Origin: Macrostomum lignano
Taxonomy: Eukaryota
Length of the DNA: 64,000 nt
NCBI GenBank assembly: GCA_002269645.1
Contig: NIVC01000482.1
Span: 248,001 to 312,000 of the forward strand
Direction of reading: 5' to 3'
Notes under the pieces: model-generated
What the model saw: the letters and a program-made list of their open reading frames with translations, nothing else
Databases searched by the model: none
What the model was told of the DNA's origin: nothing
Shown here: piece after piece, positions 45,600-64,000 of the stretch
Layout: each line of letters begins with the position of its first letter
Position numbering within the stretch: the first letter of the stretch is position 1
Made by a program: the position numbers and the translations under genes

Positions 45600-48500
45600 A
45601 TGGACTCGCACTTTCTGCACGAGTTCACTCACGCGGCCGAGTCGCACGGCGTTTACGCCGAGGACTTCGCCGATCGGCTGTGCTCGAAGTACACCTGCAT
45701 CGGCCTCTTGTTCCTCGCTAGTGTCGGCGTTATGCGCCAGTACGTCTTCAAGCCGATCCAGTGCTGGGTGCCCGCCGAATGGCCTCGGCCTTGGGAAGAG
45801 TTCGCCGAGAACTACTGCTGGGTGCAGAACACCTACAGGGTGGCGTTGCGGGAGCCGAGCTATCCTGAGGCCAGGGAGAGGGGTGGGCTGGAGATTGGTG
45901 AGATGTGCTCTGTAGTCTCACTGCTCATGTCTGATGAATGTGTCTTAGCAATGACTGCTCATGTCTGATGAATGTGTCTTAGCAATGACTGCTCATGCCT
46001 GATGAATGTGTCTTAGCAATGACTGCTCATGTCTGGTGAGTGTGTATTAGTAATGACTGCTCTTGTCTGATGAGAGTCTTAGTAATGACTGCTCATGTCT
46101 GATGAATGTGCCTTAGCAATGACTGCTCATGTCTGGTGAGTGTGTATTAGTAATGGCTGCTCATGTCTGATGAATGTGTCTTAGCAATGACTGCTCATGC
46201 CTGATGAATGTGTCTTAGCAATGACTGCTCATGCCTGATGAATGTGTCTTAGCAATGACTGCTCATGTCTGATGAATGTGTCTTAGCAATGACTGCTCAT
46301 GCCTGATGAATGTGTCTTAGCAATGACTGCTCATGTCTGGTGAGTGTGTATTAGTAATGGCTGCTCATGTCTGATGAATGTTTATTAGCAATGACTGCTC
46401 ATGTCTGATGAATGTTTATTAGCAATGACTGCTCATGCCTGATGAATGTGTCTTAGCAATGACTGCTCATGCCTGATGAATGTGTCTTAGCAATGACTGC
46501 TCATGCCTGATGAATGTGTCTTAGCAATGACTGCTCATGTCTGATGAATGTGTCTTAGCAATGACTGCTCATGCCTGATGAATGTGTCTTAGCAATGACT
46601 GCTCATGTCTGATGAATGTGTCTTAGCAATGACTGCTCATGTCTGATGAATGTTTATTAGCAATGACTGCTCATGCCTGATGAATGTGTCTTAGCAATGA
46701 CTGCTCATGCCTGATGAATGTGTCTTAGCAATGACTGCTCATGTCTGATGAATGTGTCTTAGCAATGACTGCTCATGCCTGATGAATGTGTCTTAGCAAT
46801 GACTGCTCATGTCTGATGAATGTGTCTTAGCAATGACTGCTCATGTCTGATGAATGTTTATTAGCAATGACTGCTCATGTCTGATGAATGTTTATTAGCA
46901 ATGACTGCTCATGCCTGATGAATGTGTCTTAGCAATGACTGCTCATGTCTGATGAATGTGTCTTAGCAATGACTGCTCATGTCTGATGAATGTTTATTAG
47001 CAATGACTGCTCATGTCTGATGAATGTTTATTAGCAATGACTGCTCATGTCTGATGAATGTTTATTAGCAATGACTGTTCATGCCTGATCAATGAGTCTT
47101 AGTAATGACTGCTCATGTCTGATGAATGTGTCTTAGCGATGACTGCCGATCATATCTGAGGAGTGTTTTTCACATCGCAGCTTCTCCATCTCAGTCAACC
47201 AGAACCCCATCCGCTCGCACTCAGGCTATTACCAGTGGGTGCCCATCGTGTTGCTGGCGCAGGCCCTGCTGTCCATGGCCCCGCACCAGCTCTGGCTGTT
47301 GGCCTCCCGCCGTCTGGCCGGCTTCGACCCGCACTCGGTGCTCCGCTTTGCCCGAGAAGTTGAGCACGCGGGCAACAAGGACACAAGCAAACGGTTGCTC
47401 ACCTATGCTGCCTGGCACTTGGCCTGGGGCGCGAGGCTTTCCGGCCGAACCTACGACCCGGATGGCGCACTGCTGACTGACGACAAGCCGAACAAGCTGC
47501 AAGCGGAGCGGCAGCAACAGCAGAAACCACAAGGCCGAAGAAGCTGCTCCGAGGCAGTGAGACAGAGCGGCTGCCTGCTGTTCATTCTGTACCTGCTCAA
47601 CAAACTGTTGTGCGCTGGAACTGCCGCTGGGCAGGTATAAATTAGCTTTCTGTCAACACTTGTATTAGCTGCCCTTTGATGGGCCGCTGGGAGCTTCTCA
47701 CAAGCTAGATTCCGTAGACTCCTGACTGAGCACATAGAGGAAAGCTAGCACGCATTCAGTGCGGTGCTCACACAGGGTGTACAGCGACTGCCCTGACTTT
47801 CTAATCTCGTCAGGTATCTATCTGTCACCAGACAACTGTCACCCTCTGTTATAATTTGATTTGATTGATTTGATTGATTGATTAGCAAAATAGTTGAAGC
47901 TGATACATGTACAGCACAAGGACTACTTAAGCAGAAGCTGGACGGGAGGCCTCGTTTCTTGGAAGTTTTTGGAAGCAGGTTTTTCCGAAAAAAACATTAC
48001 AGAGACAGGTTTTCAGCACAAAAATTGCTGTTGCTTTTGATAAGAGGCAGATCCGGTGTTCATCTTTTGATATGTTGTTCCTTTTTATTTCTCAATCGAT
48101 ATTTATAAAGCTTTGCGTTTAGAAAATTAGGATTTTATGTTATATTTTCTATGTTCAATTGCACATGTCCTGTGTCTAAAAACCATTAAAAAGGCGCGAC
48201 TCAGCTCATTGGTTTTATAAATCCATTTTATCATTCTCAGCTGACTGTGTAACAATATGTGCAACAGGGATGGTATAATAGATTCATAAAACCAAAGTCG
48301 AGCTGTGCCATGCATTGTTATGATTCTTAGGTACAGGAAATGTACGGAGAATTAAAAATTAACATTATATTCTAGAATCCTAATTTTCTAAACTATAAAA
48401 AGCTCTAAAAAACTAAAAACAGTTGTCTAAACATTGGGTCTGCCTCCTATCGAAAGTAATTAACAATTTTTGTGCTGAAAAATGAAAGCTTCCATCTCCG

Positions 48501-49310
48501 TAGTGCGTTTTTTCGGAAACCTGCCTTCTACAATTTTTCCAGGAAACGAGGTTCCCCTCTTTCTACTTGAGTAGCCCTTGGAACAGCATCGCTCACTACT
48601 AATAATAAGCATGGTCTTATTGTCGAATTCGTCCCGGGCAGGTGTTCCTCCTGCAGAGCTACCTGGGTTTCGCCAGTCCGCTGTTCGGCTGGCAGTGCGC
48701 CAGCAACCTGCTCAGGGGCGGCACCTGGGAGCTGACTGGGGTGTTTCCCAGGCTGACATTCTGCGACCTGCCACTGCGGCATGTTGGTCAGTTCAACCTG
48801 CGCTCGGTCCAGTGCGTCCTGGCGTCCAACATGATGAACGAGAAAATCTTTGTCTTCCTGTGGTTCTGGTTCGCAGTCTGCTGCTTGACCAGCCTGATGT
48901 ACACCATCAGCTGGATGGCGCAGCTGCTGCCACCGACGGAGCGGACCAGACTGGTTCGCCGCTACCTCAGCCTGCAAGCGAGGCGCGGTCACGGACAACA
49001 AAGACCAGCGGCCAATGGACGGGAAGATGTCTACAAAGCGTCCAGACAGCTGACTGACTTGCTGCGTCTGGACGGCGTCCTGCTGCTGCAGATGGTGGCC
49101 GACAATGTCGACTGTCTGTGCGCTGCCCAGCTGGCCGGCCGGCTGCGAGACCAGAGAGATCGCACCTTCGACACGAACGACTACTGCTCCGAAGACGACG
49201 ACCTCCAGCTGCGGCCGTTGATCAACGATGGAATCAGCAGCGAAGGATCTTCGGGCGACGGCTTGCGACAAAAAGTGCTGACGACAGAGCTGAAGATATC
49301 ATCGGTCTGA
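45600..49310 (+). CDS. Innexin (gap-junction protein), about 458 aa (exons 45600-45897, 47225-47634, 48642-49310)
   Basis: EDFADRL, IQCWVP, ENYCWVQNTY, YYQWVP, FPRLTFCD, QCVLASNMMNEKIFVFLWFW; intron phases 1 and 0 are consistent; 1377 nt spliced. Confidence 0.95.
45921..47150 (+). repeat. 34-bp intronic minisatellite (CTGCTCATGTCTGATGAATGTGTCTTAGCAATGA)n
   Basis: Period 34; fills innexin intron 1. Confidence 0.97.
47917..48580. mobile_element. hAT-like MITE family B, copy 3 (longest)
   Basis: Long TIRs CAAGGACTAC...GTAGCCCTTG; 8-bp TSD GTACAGCA/GAACAGCA; in innexin intron 2. Confidence 0.85.
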
Positions 49311-49404
49311 CAGCTCGAATGCAGCTTGGCTTACCTTGGGTTTTACTCAGTATTCCTCTCTGCTGTCTACACTGACATCCTTTTGAAGGCCGATTTCTGG
49401 ATTC

Positions 49405-50275
49405 AATAGAATCGCCCCTATAACCATCTATACAATCGCCCCTATAACCATCTATTAAAATCCCCCTTTACCCATCTATAGAATCTCCCCTATACCCATC
49501 TATAGAATCGCCCCTATAACCATCTATAGAATCGCCCCTATAACCATCTATAGAATCCCCCCTATAACCATCTATAGAATCGCCCCTATAACCATCTATA
49601 GAATCGCCCCTATAACTATCAATAGAATCGCCCCTATAACCATCTATACAATCGCCCCTATAACAATCTATTAAAATCCCCCTTTACCCATCTATAGAAT
49701 CCCCCCTATAACCATCTATAGAATCGCCCCTATAACCATCTATAGAATCCCCCCTATAACCATCTATAGAATCGCCCCTATAACCATCTATAGAATCGCC
49801 CCTATAACTATCAATAGAATCGCCCCTATAACCATCTATACAATCGCCCCTATAACAATCTATTAAAATCCCCCTTTACCCATCTATAGAATCGCCCCTA
49901 TAACCATCTATAGAATCCCCCCTATAACCATCTATAGAATCCCCCCTATAACCATCTATAGAATCCCCCCTATAACCATCTATAGAATCCCCCCTATAAC
50001 CATCTATAGAATCCCCCCTATAACCATCTATACAATCGCCCCTATAACAATCTATTAAAATCCCCCTTTACCCATCTATAGAATCGCCCCTATAACCATC
50101 TACAGAATCCCCCCTATAACCATCTATAGAATCCCCCCTATAACCATCTATAGAATCGCCCCTATAACCATCTACAGAATCGCCCCTATAGCCATCTATA
50201 GAATCGCCCCTATAACTATCTACAGAATCGCCCCTATAACTATCTATAGAATCGCCCCTTATCAACCCAGAATAA
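49405..50275 (+). repeat. 24-bp minisatellite (AATCGCCCCTATAACCATCTATAG)n
   Basis: Period 24; between the convergent innexin and PRP4K 3' ends. Confidence 0.97.
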
Positions 50276-50737
50276 GCCTTATTATTTTTAAGGAACGAAC
50301 GACTGCTAAATATTATTTTCTATAAGCAGAGATTTGTTAATTATTTTCGTAACTTTGCATAACTGCACCAGGATTTCGATCTTGAAAAATCCTTTAAAAA
50401 GTGGAAACTTCTACAAAAAATGAAGTGGATAAAGCTCAAGACAACCAGGTATTGCATGTACAGTCGGCTCAATAAGCCAATTGAAATGTAGGAAAGTGTT
50501 GGCTTTTTCTGCTTTTAAAGTACATGTTTAAAATACACGCTATGCCTTGTTTATTATTATTATTATTATTAATATAATCAACTGGTGTACTTTATCAAAT
50601 TTTATTTACAATCAAATAGCGCGCGTCAAACGGGATTAATAACAATATTTTGTTTATGCGCAAAGAAATTCATTTTTTTAAAATTGAACTGTTATTTCTA
50701 CTCATCAGTAAGTAGTCAGAGCAGCGCACGTCAATCA

Positions 50738-56182
<5,445 letters not shown>

Positions 56183-59100
56183 TTATGTAAATAAAATATA
56201 GAGCTTGGTTTGTTTGACAACAAAATCCACCTGCTGATATGAAATAATAATGGAATAAGCTAAGTTAGTATATTTGCCTATTATGGTGCACACAACTCAC
56301 GAATGCATAGCTGCCACACAGGCTGTGTAGAGGCTGCCGACCAACTGCAACTGCGTTTGGAGAGAGAGAGAAAACAAATAATAGCAGAGATGGGACTTAA
56401 TAATATGGTTTCCATCTTATTCAATATTAATATATCATAAAGGCTATAGTCAAATTTTCAACTACTTGAGCACAATATTCTTGCCTCTGACATAAAACAA
56501 AGACTCAATATTTAGATATATATTTGGGCTTTGTGATACTCATACAAGTATAAAGTTATATTATGTCAAAATAAGTTGCTATGCTTCATTAATAAATAAT
56601 AAGCATAAACATACATGCGCAAACTCCAAAATTCAGTCGGCCATGCAACTTAGTGTTAACAAAAATGCGACATAGTTTTTGGCCAAAAATGCAACTTACA
56701 TGTAAAAGAAACCCTAAAGCAAAATTAACACAACTTTGGGTAAACAGCAGGAGTAACTATGACTGTCTTATTAAGCCAAAATACCTCATTATCTACTTAG
56801 TACTTAGTCACTTGGGTATTTATTCGGGTGGGCATTTTTGTGACTTACTTTGGTTGGCCAATTTGGCTGACTATTGCCCATGTATGAGCATAAATTTATT
56901 AGTCTAGTTTGATAATCACTTAGTTCAATTGCTTACTATATTAAAACTCTAGCAAACTACTTTAAAGTGAAGCAGCTTCCTAAACTAAATAAATATGGAA
57001 AACCAAATGTCTTGGGGGTTCAATTCTTGATCTCACTTGTAACAATTTATGTCTTTAAGCAAGATAACTCTGCATTGTTTCAGTTCACTTAGCTATAAAA
57101 TGGGTGCTAGCATTAGCTAGGGTAACTAAAGGTATATGGCAACCCATCAATCTTTGGACTAAATAGCTATATAGAGCCTTCAGATATGCTGTACAATAGC
57201 TGCAGCTAAGCTATCAGTTGCATATCTAGCCTAATTTGAGCAGGTGAAAATCAAAATCAAATATCTTAATTAAAAGACAGTTTTTTCAAGACTCATATTA
57301 ATAAATATATAGCTTTGGCTATATGACACAATAATATATAATTATTGTTCTTTTATATAAACTTAGTTGATATATATATACTTATATAAATATAAATATT
57401 TATATATATATATATATATATGTATAGTAAATTAAATAATAATAATATTTAATATTAATAATAACAAGAATAATAATAATATTATTGTATATATAACATA
57501 TAAATGAATATGCTAAGACAATAAATAAGATTTGTATAAGAAAAAAGAAACCTTTTGTGTCCCAGAATTATTTTAAATAAAACAAGAGACATTTCAAATA
57601 AAAAACATGTCAGCTTAAGAAATGAATAGTTTAGGCTTAGTTATTTAAGTTAAAGTAAATATTAGTTATTACTAGGGCAAATGAGCATTTTTCTTAGATT
57701 AGGGATTACTTTAACTTAATTTTGGCATCTAATTCTAGTAGCACTACCGTAATTTTTGAGAAGGTAGATTTTGAAGGGTAAAGGCCCAAAGGGAAGTAGA
57801 GAGAGAGCAACTATTTTTGGCAAAAGTTCATTTAGCCCCCTTTGATTTTTTGGTCTCTGCCTAAGAGGGAGGATAATTGCCTTCCCTTGGTTTCTAGTTC
57901 ATTCATCTATTCATAGTTTGTGTACTGTACTGAGTAGACAAAAAGTCTTTTTCTTTTAAAAACTCTTTGTCTGCTAGGAAATAGGGCTAGGGTCATAGGG
58001 ATAAAAAGTTTTAACATTGTTAAAGTGCTGAAAGGGTCTTCTATCATTTTAACAAACTATTTTAAAATATATACCTATAATAAGAAAGCTAAAATAGTAA
58101 TAATAAAACAAAAACAATTCAAAATTTGCTAAAAATAAAAAGTATCAATAAGTATAAATAAAAATAAGTATCATATAAATATTTATCCTTTACTTGTACA
58201 CTTTGTAGATAACTATCAAAATATCAAATAACTTTTTGTGATTTTTTAGGCCTAAGTCCATAGTTAGGATGATGTACATTACACCGGAAATTTCTGGCGT
58301 ACAATTGAAAATTTTACTTTTTTGGCATAGAATTGGTATAAAAAATGAGGCAAAATATATTTGGCATACCTTTTAGCATAACGCTGTGGTGTAAATATGC
58401 CAAGCAGTGTATGCCAACTCCAACCTTCATGCCAAAGTTAATATTAACAATTGTTGGCATAACGCCGTAACCTTAGAATCTTATTATAAAATCATAAAAA
58501 CTATAAAACTCGAAAATGAAAGTTCATAATTATTTATGATTTAATAAAAATTTAAAATGCAATGCAAACTAATCATGTAATTTTATAAAAAAAAACTTAA
58601 ACAAAAAATTGATTTTTATTGGCATTATTTGTAAGCCAGTTTACTTTAAATGAAAACCACACATTTGTTAAATAATTATAATTACAAAGTAGGCAAAAAT
58701 GTGTAACATACAAAAAAGGTCATTTATTGTCGCAAAGCCTAGAAAACCTGGCATAAGTTCCTAGCACCTTGGCGTATATTTCAGTATGAAGTGGCGTAGA
58801 TTTTTAGGGGACTTTTTATTCCGACATATACTATGACATGATCCTGACTATGGGCCTAAGTCTAAGAAGCTTTCAAATCTAGAATTGTTGCTATATATTG
58901 TGTCCTCTCTTTTTAAAACCATTTTACTTAGACGGCTAGGCCTAGTAACTTGCATGTCACTAACTATATTTGGGGTATACAATTAAAAAATTGACCAAGT
59001 CCCTTCTAATAAGCCTATAATTTATGGATAGGCCTAGCATTTATCATTTTTGAGGAGCCCAATATCCCAATAGCTTTTTAACAAATGAAAAGACTAGGGC

Positions 59101-60822
59101 CTATTAGATAGCTCATTATCTCACTCTATATTTTTATTCCAATTTCTTAGCAAATAAATGATTTTAAAAGAGAAAACTTTTTGTCTACTTAGCAGATGAA
59201 CTGTAAACAGAAGAAATGACTATAACCCCCCTTTCCTTGGTTGTGCTACTATTTGAATTCTAATTTGTAATTTAGATCAAAATCCCAAATATAGGTAATA
59301 GGGGCCTAGACATCAACTCAACATAGTAGGACTACCAAAAGTCCAAAATGCTAGGTAACAAAGAGCATATATACCAAAAAAGTGTGGATATCTTTAGTAT
59401 TTGAAGGCTGAATACAATTGTCTAAATACAAGTCCTAAAAATCATCAAGCTAAGAACAAACAAAAAAGGCATGAAATATTAATAATTTAGATATTGATTG
59501 GTGTTGGTGGCATTGGCCTAGTTTGCAGCCAATCCACTAGCACTAGACTCCAGATCTAATAATATCTGTAACTTATCAGAAAGAGCAGCTTATTTCAACC
59601 ACTAATGCATCAAATATTGATAAAATCACATACATAAGTCTAAGAATTTATTTAGGCGGTTAGGCCTAAATGTAATCTAGTATTATACCTATCAGCATTA
59701 CGATTATGTTGCTGTCGTAGTGTCGTGTAGAGTCTGTAGACCTAGGACAGTACACCGCCCCTTGACGATTGGGTCTACACCAGAAGAAAAGTGGCAAGCA
59801 GATTGGATAAGCCTAGACATAGCATACAGCCTAGCCTCATTTCATGACAAAATATAGGCAACTGTTCAAAATTTCTCTTCGTACCGTTTTGGAATTTTTA
59901 TTACTTTGCTTTTACGGGGTTATTGACGGCGTTAGGCTTCGGTAACCTCTAACCTATAATTCTAAAATATCTTAATTCAATAATTATTTAGTTAAATATT
60001 TTTGCACTTTGAACTTTGCATAAGGAATTATATTCAGCTGTAACGTCTTTTGCAGTTGTTTTTGTTAAAACTTTTCTCGCCTTACGCATTTTTAACCAAA
60101 ATTTTCACAGGAATAACATGATCTAAAACTAAAACACTGACTAGTGACTACGGAATAAGGAATACGAAGGATGAAGTCATGATCGTGCTCGGTCGGCTAG
60201 GCCTAAGTCACGTTAAACTACGGAAATATTGTATTCAAAATTTTAAGCAGTGAACTTGTTCAAAAGTAGACTATTTCTGGAAAATAAATAATTTATGGTA
60301 ATAATAGGTCTTGCTTGCTATGCTAAGTGTGCTGTTGACTATTTATTAATTAGTGTCAACTGTCGTGTCAGTCAATCATTATCATTGCTATTCATTGTGT
60401 CATGGATTGATGACTATATTACTTGAAATTTAAATACCTGTTACAAATTCACAATTGCTAACCTCATCATTTTTTCATATTCTTATATGTGGTTGGCTTA
60501 AAGTCAAGGCCAAATATTAATGTTTTGTATTATTTATTTGGGACTGGCCTGGGCCTACTTATTATTTTATTTTGAATAAAATATACAGATTCTAAGCCTA
60601 TTAAGTTATTTAAAAGTAAATTAAATGTGTCTACTCTAAAGATTATTTTGCAATGTTATTTTTAGGCCTAGTATTAGCTTAGAATAAATTTATTTATTAT
60701 ATTTTTATTTTATATATTATATATAATTTTAGTCTGGTTTTAATTTTTATATACTACAATAATTTTAAATCAATAGATTCACTAGGCTTATTAGGATTAT
60801 TAAGTAAAGCTTTAAGTTTTGT

Positions 60823-60994
60823 CATGCTTGGGCGCAACCTTGGGATTCACCCGGCCGTTTCTATTGGCAACACACGCATGTAAGTCGCTATTGGCTGAGA
60901 GCAGTCACGTGACTACTGTTCTGTCCAATAGCGACTTACATGCGTGTGTTGCCAATAGAAACGGCCGAGTGAATCCCAAAGTTGCGCATGTATG
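60823..60994. mobile_element. 172-bp palindromic (fold-back) MITE
   Basis: Two 86-bp arms around centre GTCAC|GTGAC; 8-bp TSD AGTTTTGT (60815-60822, 60995-61002). Confidence 0.85.
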
Positions 60995-61041
60995 AGTTTT
61001 GTCATAAAAAGCAAGAATTCAATCTATTGCAAAAATATAAA

Positions 61042-61662
61042 GGTCTGCGGTCATTTCGTCTTCCGCCTTTTCGTCTGCCAAAGAATTTTAGCAGACGAAA
61101 CGACTTTTTTATTTATGTTTATTTTGGTTCACTTATTTAGTATTTTTTATGTAGGGAATTAAAATAAATTAGTATAAGCAAGTTTTAAGTATGTTTTCTT
61201 ATTTATATTGATACATTTTGTTTTTCTTCATTTTCTACGAAACCTAACTAACCTATATAATACTTTCGACGCATCGATGCGTGTGTGCCTACAATTTCGA
61301 TTGCTCCTTACATTTTAAACTTTGTGCATTTAAGCTAGTTGTATTCGTGAATAAATTGCATATGAGTTTACATACACGAAAAAAAGAAAGTTGGAAGGAA
61401 ACTAAACGGTTGGAGATATTTGCTTCTGGCTTTGTGTATTTATATGCAACAAATTAGCTCCGGAACTTTCAGAAAAATCCTAGCATTATAATAAATTACA
61501 ATTAATAAGACATTTACATTACACTTCCATACGAAGCTTGATGACATAATTAGTTATTCCGATTTATATATTATATATATTGGCAGACGAAACGACTTTA
61601 TCGTATATTGGCAGACGAAAAGGCGGCAGACGAAAAGGCGGCAGACGAAATGACCGTCAACC
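61042..61662. mobile_element. MULE-like MITE with ~40-bp TIRs
   Basis: GGTCTGCGGTCATTTCGTCTTCCGCCTTTTCGTCTGCCAA versus the reverse complement of the right end GGTTGACGGTCATTTCGTCTGCCGCCTTTTCGTCTGCCAA; 8-bp TSD AATATAAA. Superfamily inferred from the GG start and long TIR. Confidence 0.8.
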
Positions 61663-62769
61663 AATATAAATTATACTATGGGGCCTTTTTTATTAAAATT
61701 CTTTGTATATTCTATTTATTTGAAATCTCATTCAGATATATTATTCCTTAGTATTTATAGGCTAAATATAAACTATTTATACTTGTTTTGTTTTAGACTA
61801 TGTATATTTATATTGTGTTATATATGCAAGTGTTGCAAGTGTATAGGCTTATAGCTATGTTATTTTCAACCTAGTCTTAGTATAATATTGTATTACAACT
61901 CTATTGGCTTTTATAATTGTTGTATAGGCCTACTATTGCACTTTGCAATACTAGGCATACTTATATAATTTTTGAATCATACTCGAAGTATGCAAGTGAA
62001 AAAACCTAGTTTCAAAAGTATGGCATAGGCCTATAGCATAGTCAAATAAATTGCTATTTAGCTTAGCTAAATCTTATTTAAAAGTATAAACAAAATGATT
62101 TCTATAAATGAAAATAAGTTTAATTGAATAAGTCCACATTTAATCTGCTTATTAGCCGTGTATAGCTTGTATTAATATGATTTGAATAGTTCTAATATAG
62201 GTATAAACTTGTTTGTATTGTATGCAAATGGCTATTATACTTTTAAATACTCGTATTTTAACATTCTAAATATATATTTATATAATTGAGGAAGTGTGGC
62301 TTGGCTAACAAATAATAGGAAAATAAGCGTCAACAAAAACATAAAATAAAATTTTTCTTTTTAGCCAATGCGTTTTGTCAAACACAAGACATTGTCAAGG
62401 CAAATTCAACTAACCTTAATTTTCAGCACTAATATATTTAAGCAAAACAAACTGTACAGTCCAAAGGCGGGTCAAAACAGTCTAGTAGAATTTAGTCTAG
62501 AATCTAGTAGAAGTACATAACAAAGGAACAGAGAGAGAAAAATAGGCATGGCTCTGCTCATAGTACTCTTAGCTCATGCTCTACCCCATTGCTAGCAAGC
62601 TGTACATTTAAGTTGGGTTTCTGCATTCTGATATAAGAAGCTTCAATAATCTTAAGCTTATGGTCAAATTTGCACCCATCCATTATATAATTGAATTTAT
62701 GATAAACTTTGCCCATAAGGCTTCTATACTTGGAGTCTTATAAAGCAGAATTGAAGCCAGACTGCAGCA

Positions 62770-62989
62770 ATGCAGCTGTTGGAGTTGCCATTGTCATTGG
62801 CATTTCTGCTACTTATAATTAACCATCAATGTTCTGGTGATACTTCTATTCGTTTAATACAGATTTGTCAGGGCAAGTCTGACAGGACAAACAGATTCAA
62901 TATAACTGCTAACAGCTCTGAAAAGATTACTTTTACATTAAGTGGTTATGAATCATTGACTCAATGCATTCTGCGAGTCAGGGCTAGTG
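62770..62989 (+). CDS. First coding exon of a secreted or membrane protein
   Basis: ATG, hydrophobic signal-like stretch (LPLSLAFLLLII), two Cys, N-glycosylation sequons NIT and NSS, strong phase-1 donor G|GTGAGT. Remainder lies outside the window. Confidence 0.55.
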
Positions 62990-63104
62990 GTGAGTGTTAG
63001 TTTTTGTTTCATTTGAACTTGTTACTAGCTTGCAGATCACATATTTGAGACAACGGCCAGGACACTTCAGACAAAGACTAGGACTAATGTCTGCCTTAGC
63101 GTGT

Positions 63105-63380
63105 CTTACTGTTTTTCTCAGTGTGTCCTGATGTCTGTCCCAGTGTGTCCTAATCTTTGTCTTAGTGTGTCCTAATGTCTGTCAGTGTTTCCTAATGTCT
63201 GTGTCAGTGTGTCTTAATGTCTGTCTCAGTGTGTCCTAATGTCTGTGTCAGTGTGTCTTAATGTCTGTCTCAGTGTGTCCTAATATCTGTGTCAGTGTGT
63301 CTTAATGTCTGTGTCAGTGTGTCTTAATGTCTGTCTCATTGTGTCCTAATGTCTGTCCCAGTATGTCTTAATGTTTGTCT
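63105..63380 (+). repeat. 22-bp minisatellite (TCAGTGTGTCCTAATGTCTGTG)n
   Basis: Period 22. Confidence 0.93.
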
Positions 63381-63387
63381 CATCACA

Positions 63388-64000
63388 ATATACTAAATCT
63401 CTAAGATCTGACCGGTATTTCAGTCTACAGCCTGAATGCCTGAACCGATTTTCTTCAAACTTGCTTTATTCAACTCAAAATTCTTGTGAGATTGTGTGGT
63501 TGTAATTGCATTGAAAAATTCGAATGGGAAGATGATTAAAAATTCAAAAAATCCAATATACTAAAAATGAAAATCTTGCTTGCTTGTAATCGATTAGAGA
63601 AAAAATGGCTGGACCGATTTTGTTCGAACTTGCACTGTTCGATCAGAAATTTTCCCGTGACTGTACATGCATCGTGGCTAAGAAATTGCTCGATGCTAAA
63701 GGCATTAAATATTCGAAAAACATGCTTTTTTGCAAAGGTCAAGCAAACTTTTCGACTTGAAATGCATTGTAAGAATGCTAGAGAAAAAACTGACTGGTTG
63801 AATTCTGATTCTGAAATAGATTGCATCATAACTGAATTGTACCTCCGACTTGAATTGAAAATACAGTGTGGAAGCGTAGCACCAGACTTGATTTAAATTG
63901 CGTAACCATATTGTTAACTGATACTGACTGACTGAGAAACTGATTATGTCATAACTGCTTCGTGTGATTTACTCTATGCTTGGATTTTAAAGTGTTGAAT
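63388..64000 (+). mobile_element. Helitron-like subfamily B 5' regions (stub at ~63388; copy from ~63556 running off the window)
   Basis: 63556-64000 is highly similar to 7766-8230; 63388-63480 has ATATACTAAA...AACCGATTTTCTTCAAACTTGC as in unit 3. Confidence 0.8.

Noticed and set aside
58260-58840. Possible additional MITE with GGCATA/GGCGTA subrepeats
   Set aside because: Could not define matching terminal inverted repeats or a TSD by eye.

Overview
Eukaryotic (animal) genomic DNA, not prokaryotic; I see no CRISPR array, rRNA or intact tRNA gene. The innexin, TTAGGG-type repeats, GC-rich exons and minisatellite-filled introns fit a free-living flatworm such as Macrostomum (inference). Host genes reconstructed by hand from splice sites and reading phase: a secreted WSC-domain protein (-), TSEN34, MBD2/3, a DUSP12-like phosphatase, a CK1-family pseudokinase, an unknown multi-exon gene, an innexin (all +), PRP4 kinase (-), and the first exon of a secreted protein (+). 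Mobile DNA: a head-to-tail train of non-autonomous Helitron-like units (1-9.4 kb, again at 63.4-64 kb), an endonuclease-less LINE with a stem-loop plus (TAC)n tail, a BEL/Pao integrase fragment, a tRNA-derived SINE, and several hAT/MULE-like MITEs with readable target-site duplications (TSDs). Most long ORFs in the supplied track are artefacts of tandem repeats. The best leads are the Helitron train with interchangeable minisatellite cargo, a TSEN34 ORF with no ATG that would be in frame with a spliced-leader AUG, and a possible in-frame DUSP12-integrase splice. All coordinates were counted by eye and may be off by a few bases.
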